From positions 64,001 to 128,000 of the forward strand of contig JAZKFH010000003.1 in NCBI GenBank assembly GCA_040386535.1: a stretch of DNA of 64,000 nt, written 5' to 3'. Position 1 is the first letter of the stretch. Each line of letters begins with the position of its first letter. The DNA is from Myxococcota bacterium. Its GTDB lineage: Bacteria > Myxococcota_A > UBA796 > SXON01. Below the pieces are notes generated by a model. The model saw nothing but the letters and a program-made list of their open reading frames with translations. It did no database searches and was not told the DNA's origin. The position numbers were made by a program, and so were the translations under genes. Of this stretch, positions 57,181 to 64,000 are shown piece by piece.

Positions 57181-57493
57181 GCCGGGGGCCCCGGCGCCGG
57201 GCGGGTTGCGTCCAGTGGGGCGCCCGGTACGCCCCAAGGCGGGCCGGGGGGCGATTGGTGAGTCAGATTCGGCGTTGCACCGACTGATTCATGCGTGCGT
57301 CACTGCGTGAGTCAAGCGCCTGAGGGGTCAGGGTTGCGAAACGCGGACCAGGGCTCCCCTCTGCGCGACCCGCCCGCGCCTTCGTCGACCCGGTCCTCGC
57401 CCATGCGTGCGAGGTCGCGATGCCGGGGTAGCCGACCTGGGGGGTCGCAGGCGAGGACGAGGAGCAAGGTGGTCGGAAGAAGGGTGCGCATGC

Positions 57494-57813
57494 ACCGGCC
57501 GGATCGGCGACATGGACGGCGACGGGCTGGCAGACTGGTTCATGTTCAGCCAGGTGAACAGGGGCGGCGAGGCGCACGCCGTGAGCGGTGCACTGTGGCA
57601 TCCGGCGCGATCTCCTGGGCGACGGAGCTCACAGCGGAGGACGCGGACCTGATCGTTTCGGGCTCAGTGCCAAATCAATCTCTCGGCGAGCGCCTCGCCG
57701 TCGTGGACGTGGACGGTGACGGTTGCGACGACATCGTGACGCCGTCCTACTATCATCCGCTTCCGTACGGCGGCGCCGAGACCTTCGTGCTGTTCGGGCA
57801 ATACGGCCCGTAG
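57494..57813 (+). pseudogene. Frameshifted 3' remnant of an FG-GAP repeat gene
   Basis: GRIGDMDGDGLAD lies in one frame and LGERLAVVDVDGDGCDDIV..FVLFG* in another. No credible 5' end. Confidence 0.6.
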
Positions 57814-57974
57814 ACCACATCCCGCGCATTCGCATGACACTCCGTTACGAGGGGTCGGAATTCGCAGCACCGTTGGCGCTTCGGTGGCCGCTCGGAGGGA
57901 AGGAGCAACGCGAGACCACGCCGAGGGCGTGGATTCGGAGAACCCAGTCGACTAGAATGCGGCGAGACCACGAC

Positions 57975-60821
57975 ATGCGCTACGATCCCGACGAGCTTCC
58001 TCCGATGCGCGAGAGCGAGATGGCCACTCGAATGCGCGCCGTGGACTGGTCGAAGTCCGTCTTCGGGCCGGCGTCGGGCTGGCCGCAGGCCCTGAGGTTG
58101 GCGGTGGGGATCTGCCTCGACAGCCGCTTCCCGATGTTCGTCTGGTGGGGGCCCGACAGGATCAACCTGTATAACGACGCCTACATCCCCATCCTCGGGA
58201 GCCGGCATCCGGCCGCGCTCGCGCAGCCCGCGCAGGAGGTGTGGCCGGAGATCTGGGACGTGATCGGTCCGCAAGCCGACGCGGTGATGCAGCGGGGCGA
58301 GGCCACCTGGAACGAGCGGGTGCACCTGCGCATGGAGCGCAACGGGTTCGCGGAGGACACGTGGTTCACGTGGTCCTACAGCGCCATCCGCGACGAGCAG
58401 GGCAAGATCGTGGGGCTGTTCTGCGCTTGCGCCGAACATACCGCGGAGGTGCTGTTGGAGAGGGAGCGCGATCGCCTCGCCGTCCAGAATCGGCAGGCCG
58501 AGGAGCACGCGCGCAACATCCTCCAGAGCATCACGGATGCGTTCTTCGGGCTCGACCGCGAGTGGCGATTCACCTACGTCAACCTCCGGGCCCAACAGGT
58601 CCTCGGACGCTCCGACCTCGTCGGGCAGGTGTTGTGGGACGCGTACCCGGGGGCCCGCGGGTCGGAGTTCGAGCGCATGTACCTGCGCACCGCCAACGAG
58701 CGGATCCCGGCGTCGTTCACCAGCTTCTACCCGGACCACCAACGCTGGTACGAGGTCCGCTCGTACCCCGCGCCCGACGGCATCGCGGTCTACTTCCGGG
58801 ACACCACCGAGCAGCACCGGCTGGCCGAGGAACGGGAGCAGCTCGCGCGCCGGCTCGCGGCGGAGGTGGATCGTTTCGACCTCGTCCTCTCCTGGATCAG
58901 CGATTTTGCGTACACGTTCGATCTGGAGGGTCGCTTCACGTTCGCGAACAAGGCGCTGCTGGACCTGTGGGGCCTGCCCCTCGAGCAGGCCATCGGCAAG
59001 AACTTCTTCGATCTCGGCTACCCCCCGGAGCTCGCGGAGCGGCTCCAGCGGGAGATCCAGCACGTCATCCACACGAGGGAGCGAGTGGTCGGCGAGACCC
59101 CCTACACGAGCCCCGCCGGGGAGCCCGGGGAGTACCAATACATCTTCTCGGCCATCCTCGATCGGGACGGGCGGGTCGAGCAGGTCGCCGGCTCCACGCG
59201 GGACATCAGCGCCCTCGTGCGCTCCGAACACGCCCTGCGCGCGAGCGAGGCGGCCACGGAGCGCGAGCGGCGGCTGTACCACGCGATCCTGGGCAACACG
59301 CCCGACCTCGCCTACGTCTTCGATCTGAACCATCGCTTCATCTACGCAAACGAGGTCCTGCTCGCGACGTGGGGCAAGACGCTCGCGGAGGCGATTGGCA
59401 AGACCTGCCTGGAGCTCGGCTACGAGTCGTGGCACGCGCAGATGCACGATCGTGAGATCGAACAGGTGATCGCGACCAAGGCGCCCATCCGCGGAGAGGT
59501 GCCGTTCACCGGTACGGGCGGCCGTCGCATGTACGACTACATCATGGTGCCGGTGCTCGGCCGCGACGGCGAGGTCGAGGCGGTCGCGGGCACCACGCGG
59601 GACGTCACCGATCGCCACGAGGGCGAGAAGGAGCGCGAGCAGCTCCTTTCCAGCGAGCGGGCGGCGCGCAACGAGGCCGAGCGCGCCGGGCGTGTCAAGG
59701 ACGAGTTCCTCGCGACCCTCTCCCACGAACTGCGGACCCCGCTCACAGCGATCCACGGGTGGGCGCAAATCCTGTCCCGTCGCGCACCCACCCCCGAGAC
59801 GCTCGCGCGCGGCCTCGCGGTGATCGAGCGCAACGCCCGCGTCCAGACCCAACTGATCGCCGATATGCTCGACATGAGCAGCATCATCTCCGGGAAGATG
59901 CGTCTCGACGTGCAGGACGTGGAGCTCCCCCTCGTCATCGAGTCGGCCCTCGACGCGGTACGGCCCGCCGCCCAGGCGCGAGGCGTCGCGCTCGAGACGG
60001 AGGTGCCCGATGACACCGGGCCGGTGCGCGCGGATCCTGCCAGGCTTCAGCAGGTCGTTTGGAACCTGCTATCCAACGCCGTGAAGTTCACGCCGCGTGG
60101 CGGGCGGGTCGTCGTGGGGCTGGGGCGGGTGGAATCACACGTCGAGATCTCGGTGCGTGACACGGGAAAGGGCATCCAGGCCGCGTTCCTCCCCCACGTG
60201 TTCGAGCGTTTCCGGCAAGCGGACAGCTCCGCGTCCCGTGAGCACGGGGGGCTCGGGCTCGGCCTCGCCATCGTGAAACAGCTCGTCGAGGTGCATGGGG
60301 GCACGGTCGCGGTCATCAGCGAGGGCGAGGGCCTCGGGTCGACGTTCACGGTCGCGCTGCCCCTCGCGGAGAACCTTCACGGGATCGCCCCTTCGAACCC
60401 GGCCTCTCGCGGCATGACCGGACACGTTCCGTCCGCGATCGCAGCGCCCGATCTGGAGGGGGTGCGGGTGCTCGTCGTCGACGATGACCCCGATACCCGC
60501 GACATGGTCCGGCGCCTGCTCGAGGAGTGCGCCGCGAAGGTCGTCGTCGCGGCGTCAGCCCAGGATGCACTGGACGTGGTGGCCGAGGGGGGCGTGGATG
60601 TCATCGTCTCGGACCTCGGCATGCCCGGCTATGACGGATTCGAGATGATGCTGGAGCTGCGGAGGCGCGGCGTGGGAGTGCCCGCGGCGGCGCTCACGGC
60701 GTTCGCGCGCGAGGAGGACCGGTCACGCGCCTTGCGCTCCGGCTACCAGGCACACCTCGTGAAGCCCGTCGAGCCGGCTGAGCTGCTCGCCACCGTCGCA
60801 GCGCTCGCACGCACGCTCTGA
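57975..60821 (+). CDS. Cytoplasmic multi-PAS hybrid sensor histidine kinase / response regulator
   Basis: DWS...GWPQAL N-terminus, four PAS-like domains, LSHELRTPL, NLLSNAVKFT, GGLGLGL, receiver VVDDD..SDLGMP..KP. Start uncertain (57957 or 57975). Confidence 0.92.
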   Translation: MRYDPDELPPMRESEMATRMRAVDWSKSVFGPASGWPQALRLAVGICLDSRFPMFVWWGPDRINLYNDAYIPILGSRHPAALAQPAQEVWPEIWDVIGPQADAVMQRGEATWNERVHLRMERNGFAEDTWFTWSYSAIRDEQGKIVGLFCACAEHTAEVLLERERDRLAVQNRQAEEHARNILQSITDAFFGLDREWRFTYVNLRAQQVLGRSDLVGQVLWDAYPGARGSEFERMYLRTANERIPASFTSFYPDHQRWYEVRSYPAPDGIAVYFRDTTEQHRLAEEREQLARRLAAEVDRFDLVLSWISDFAYTFDLEGRFTFANKALLDLWGLPLEQAIGKNFFDLGYPPELAERLQREIQHVIHTRERVVGETPYTSPAGEPGEYQYIFSAILDRDGRVEQVAGSTRDISALVRSEHALRASEAATERERRLYHAILGNTPDLAYVFDLNHRFIYANEVLLATWGKTLAEAIGKTCLELGYESWHAQMHDREIEQVIATKAPIRGEVPFTGTGGRRMYDYIMVPVLGRDGEVEAVAGTTRDVTDRHEGEKEREQLLSSERAARNEAERAGRVKDEFLATLSHELRTPLTAIHGWAQILSRRAPTPETLARGLAVIERNARVQTQLIADMLDMSSIISGKMRLDVQDVELPLVIESALDAVRPAAQARGVALETEVPDDTGPVRADPARLQQVVWNLLSNAVKFTPRGGRVVVGLGRVESHVEISVRDTGKGIQAAFLPHVFERFRQADSSASREHGGLGLGLAIVKQLVEVHGGTVAVISEGEGLGSTFTVALPLAENLHGIAPSNPASRGMTGHVPSAIAAPDLEGVRVLVVDDDPDTRDMVRRLLEECAAKVVVAASAQDALDVVAEGGVDVIVSDLGMPGYDGFEMMLELRRRGVGVPAAALTAFAREEDRSRALRSGYQAHLVKPVEPAELLATVAALARTL

Positions 60822-60970
60822 AGAAAAATGACACAGGGTCGCGCCGCCCCTCCAACCGTTACGCGGCCCACTCTTATCGGGACGAACAATCGACGGCGCG
60901 GCCCCCGCTCCAAGATACGGAGAAGCTGCGGAATCGAACGAAACAGTTGGTCTCGTCATCGGGAGGCGTC

Positions 60971-62491
60971 TTGGAACAGCGTCACACAGAGCGCGTCAGC
61001 ACCGGCATCGATGGGCTCGACACCATTCTCCGGGGCGGTCTTCCAGCCCATCGGCTCTACCTCGTGCAGGGTGACCCCGGCGTCGGCAAGACCACGCTGG
61101 CGCTCCAGTTCCTGCTCGAGGGCGCACGTGCGGGCGAACGCACGCTCTATGTCACCCTCTCCGAGACGCTCGAGGAGCTCGGCGGCGTCGCCGCGTCCCA
61201 CGGCTGGGATCTGACCGGCATCGACGTGTTCGAGATGTCCGCCGGCGAGTCCGCCGCCACCGCGGACGAGAACACCTTGTACCTGCCCTCCGAGGTCGAG
61301 CTCGGCGAACGGATGGCGGCGCTCCTGGCCGAGGTGGAGCGCGTGAACCCGCGGCGGATCGTCCTCGACTCATGTACCGAGCTGCGGCTCCTCGCCCAGA
61401 CCGCGCTGCGATTCCGGCGGCAGGTGCTGGCCTTCAAGGAAGGCCTCGTGCGGCGGAGCTGCACCGTGCTGCTGCTCGAGACGCCCATCGTACGGGGCGG
61501 GGATGCGATGCTGCAGAGCCTCGTGCACGGCGTCGTCGAGATGGAGCAGCTGTCGCCGCTGTACGGGGCCGAGCGTCGGCGGCTCCGGATCGTGAAGCTG
61601 CGGGAAGTGAAGTTCCGCGGCGGATACCACGACATGACCCTGGTCGACGACGGGGTGCGGGTGTTCCCACGGCTCGTGGCGGCCGAACATTCGCCCGGGT
61701 TCGAGAAGGGGTTGGTGGCGAGCGGGAACGCGTCCATCGACACGCTCGTGGGCGGCGGGCTGGAGCGCGGAACGAGCGCGCTGCTCCTCGGCCCGGCCGG
61801 TGCCGGCAAGTCCACGTTCGCCGTCCGGTATGCCGTCGCTGCGGCCAGCCGGGGCGAGTACGTGTGTCTGTTCATGTTCGACGAGGGCCTCGAAACCCTC
61901 CTCGTCCGGTGCGCCCGCCTCGGATTGCCGCTCGAGCCCCACATCGCCTCGGGGCTGATGAAGGTCCAGCAGATCGATCCCGCCGAGCTCTCGCCGGGGG
62001 AGTTCGCCCATCGGGTCCGCGACGAGGTCGAGCAGCGCAAGGCGCGCGTCGTGATCATCGACAGCCTGAACGGCTACCTCAACGCGATGCCCGAGGAGCA
62101 CTTCGTCGTCATCCAGCTCCACGAGGTGCTCAGCTACCTGCGTCAGCAGGGGGTGCTCACGCTCCTCACGCTCGCGCAGCACGGCCTGGTGGGGCCGACG
62201 ATGACGACCACGGTGGACGTGAGCTACCTCGCCGACACCGTGGTGGTGCTGCGCTACTTCGAGGCCGCGGGCCGCCTGCGCAAGGCCGTGTCGGTGCTGA
62301 AGAAGCGCTCGGGCCTGCACGAGGACACCATCCGCGAGTACACCCTCGGGCAGAACGGCCTCGAAGTGGGGCCGCCGCTCACCTCGTTCCACGGGATTCT
62401 CACCGGCGCGCCGACCTTCCTGGGGGACGCGGGCGAGGGCGGTCCTCTCCTGGGGGCAGCGGCGGGCGCGAACCTCGGAGTGGCGGAGTGA
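60971..62491 (+). CDS. KaiC-like double-domain RecA-superfamily ATPase
   Basis: Two Walker A motifs (GDPGVGKT, GPAGAGKS), VIIDSLNGY, VSYLADTVV.LRYFE, KKRSG.HE. TTG start after GGAGG. Confidence 0.92.
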   Translation: MEQRHTERVSTGIDGLDTILRGGLPAHRLYLVQGDPGVGKTTLALQFLLEGARAGERTLYVTLSETLEELGGVAASHGWDLTGIDVFEMSAGESAATADENTLYLPSEVELGERMAALLAEVERVNPRRIVLDSCTELRLLAQTALRFRRQVLAFKEGLVRRSCTVLLLETPIVRGGDAMLQSLVHGVVEMEQLSPLYGAERRRLRIVKLREVKFRGGYHDMTLVDDGVRVFPRLVAAEHSPGFEKGLVASGNASIDTLVGGGLERGTSALLLGPAGAGKSTFAVRYAVAAASRGEYVCLFMFDEGLETLLVRCARLGLPLEPHIASGLMKVQQIDPAELSPGEFAHRVRDEVEQRKARVVIIDSLNGYLNAMPEEHFVVIQLHEVLSYLRQQGVLTLLTLAQHGLVGPTMTTTVDVSYLADTVVVLRYFEAAGRLRKAVSVLKKRSGLHEDTIREYTLGQNGLEVGPPLTSFHGILTGAPTFLGDAGEGGPLLGAAAGANLGVAE

Positions 62492-64000
62492 CGGAGCGCG
62501 AACGGCTCGAAGGGCGCCTCCTCGTCCTCACGCCGACCGGCCGCGACGCGTTGTTGACGTGCGAGCTCCTCGCCCACGCGGAATTCGCGACCCTGGTGTG
62601 CGCCGACCTCCAACATCTGTGCCGGGAGGCGGCCCGGGGCGCGGCCGCGCTGATGGTCGCCGAGGAGGTCCTCCGCGCCCCTGCCCGGGCCGTTCTCGTC
62701 GAGATGCTCGATCAACAGCCGTCCTGGTCGGACCTGCCCGTGTTGATCTTCACCGGGGAGGGCGCCACCTTGCGCGGCCGCGCACCCGCCCTCGATCTGC
62801 TCGGGCCCCGCGCCAACGTCACGCTCCTCGACCGCCCGCTCCGACCGATCACCATGCTGAGCGCCGCGCGCGCCGCGGTCCGCGCCCGCCGGCGCCAATA
62901 TGAGGCCCGCGAGGAGATCGAGCGCCAGGCGCTCGCCGTGCGCCAGCGCGACGAGTTCCTCGCGATGCTCGGGCACGAGCTGCGGAACCCCCTCGGCTCC
63001 ATCCTCCTGGCGGCCGAGATCCTCAGTCGGGGCACCTCGGACGACCCCGCCAAACAGCACGACATCATCCGTCGGCACGGGCGGCACCTGGCCCGCCTCA
63101 TGGACGACCTCCTCGACGTGGCGCGCGTGACCTCCGGGAAGATCTCCTTGCAGCGCAACGCGGTCGACCTGCAGGATCTCGTGGCGCGCTGCATCGCCGC
63201 CGTCGAGCCCGCCGCGCGGTCGCAGGGCCTGGAGATCGGCATGGCCGGCGTCCCCGAGCCGATCTTCGTCGACGGAGACCCGGTCCGCCTCGAACAGGTG
63301 GTGTCGAACCTGCTGGCGAACGCGGTGAAGTACACGCCCTCCGGCGGCCACGTCGATGTCTCGGTCGGCCGGGACGGTGAGGAGGCGAACATCCATGTGC
63401 GTGACGACGGCGTGGGGCTCGACGAGGAGACCCTCTCGCACGCGTTCGACCTCTTCGCGCAGTCGGAGCGCACGCTCGACCGCTCCCAGGGTGGGCTGGG
63501 GATAGGGCTGACGCTCGTGCGTTCGCTCGTCCAGCTGCACGGCGGCACCGTGCACGCCGAGAGCGAAGGCCGCGGCAGCGGGAGCGACTTCGTCGTCCGC
63601 CTCCCCCTGGGCGCGCCCCCGCCGCCCCTGGTCGAGCCGCCCGGCGCCGCGTCTCCGGTCGCCGGGGTCGTCCAACGCATCCTCGTGGTGGAGGACAACA
63701 ACGACATGCTGGACATGATGTTGTGCCTGCTCGAGGGCCTCGGCCACGAGACCCACGGCGCGGAGGACGGCGTCGAGGGGGTCGCCGCAGCGCTGAGGTT
63801 CCGACCGACGCTCGCGCTCGTCGACCTGGGCCTGCCCCGCCTCGACGGCTACGGCGTCGCCCGCCAGATCCGCGCGGCGCTCGGAGCGAGCGTGAAGCTC
63901 GTGGCGCTCTCCGGCTACGGTCGGCCGGAGGACCGCCAGCGCGCGTTCGATGCGGGCTTCGACGAGCATCTCACGAAGCCGCTCGAACCCAACGAGCTCG
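62488..64000 (+). CDS. Hybrid histidine kinase with N-terminal pseudo-receiver and C-terminal receiver (3' end off window)
   Basis: Manual translation from the GTG overlapping the ATPase TGA: LVLTPTGRDA, QPSWSDLP, FLAMLGHELRNPL, NLLANAVKYT, RSQGGLGIGL, VVEDN..DLGLP..HLTKP. Confidence 0.92.
   Translation, partial: MTERERLEGRLLVLTPTGRDALLTCELLAHAEFATLVCADLQHLCREAARGAAALMVAEEVLRAPARAVLVEMLDQQPSWSDLPVLIFTGEGATLRGRAPALDLLGPRANVTLLDRPLRPITMLSAARAAVRARRRQYEAREEIERQALAVRQRDEFLAMLGHELRNPLGSILLAAEILSRGTSDDPAKQHDIIRRHGRHLARLMDDLLDVARVTSGKISLQRNAVDLQDLVARCIAAVEPAARSQGLEIGMAGVPEPIFVDGDPVRLEQVVSNLLANAVKYTPSGGHVDVSVGRDGEEANIHVRDDGVGLDEETLSHAFDLFAQSERTLDRSQGGLGIGLTLVRSLVQLHGGTVHAESEGRGSGSDFVVRLPLGAPPPPLVEPPGAASPVAGVVQRILVVEDNNDMLDMMLCLLEGLGHETHGAEDGVEGVAAALRFRPTLALVDLGLPRLDGYGVARQIRAALGASVKLVALSGYGRPEDRQRAFDAGFDEHLTKPLEPNEL

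Noticed and set aside
60971..62491. Circadian clock gene kaiC
   Set aside because: No kaiA/kaiB adjacent, the ST phosphosite pair is not conserved, and the context is HK-linked.
62254..63969. 571-aa minus-strand ORF
   Set aside because: Antisense shadow of the plus-strand hybrid kinase that runs off the window.

Overview
High-GC bacterial chromosomal window with about 50 genes. A Myxococcota-like diderm host is inferred from a MYXO-CTERM-like tag, an MxcI-like lipoprotein, OmpA/TSP3 proteins and many Asp/Cys-rich lipoproteins. I saw no rRNA, tRNA, CRISPR array, integrase or transposase. From left to right: a partial CYP102-type P450/reductase fusion; a TSP3-repeat secreted protein; an ECF sigma/anti-sigma/caspase/FG-GAP operon; Fur-boxed MxcI-like and PepSY genes; a Ser/Thr kinase-globin-STAND ATPase-TPR fusion; a split acyl-CoA carboxylase/hydratase/BKACE cluster interrupted by small accessory genes; two S8 proteases; an OmpA protein with an internal MYXO-CTERM plus a second signal peptide; an FHA-GGDEF gene; a coupled operon of FhaA-like x2, PP2C, RodA-PBP fusion, kinase, HK and RR; and a KaiC-like ATPase between two hybrid histidine kinases. 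Best candidates for something new: (1) the operon at 42.5-53.2 kb, which repeats the actinobacterial fhaA-fhaB-pstP-rodA-pbpA-pkn order in an apparent Gram-negative host; (2) the possible adhesin/TraB-like polyprotein; (3) the heme-containing kinase-STAND sensor. All calls come from reading motifs by eye and no database searches were run. Many start codons were re-assigned from the ORF track.
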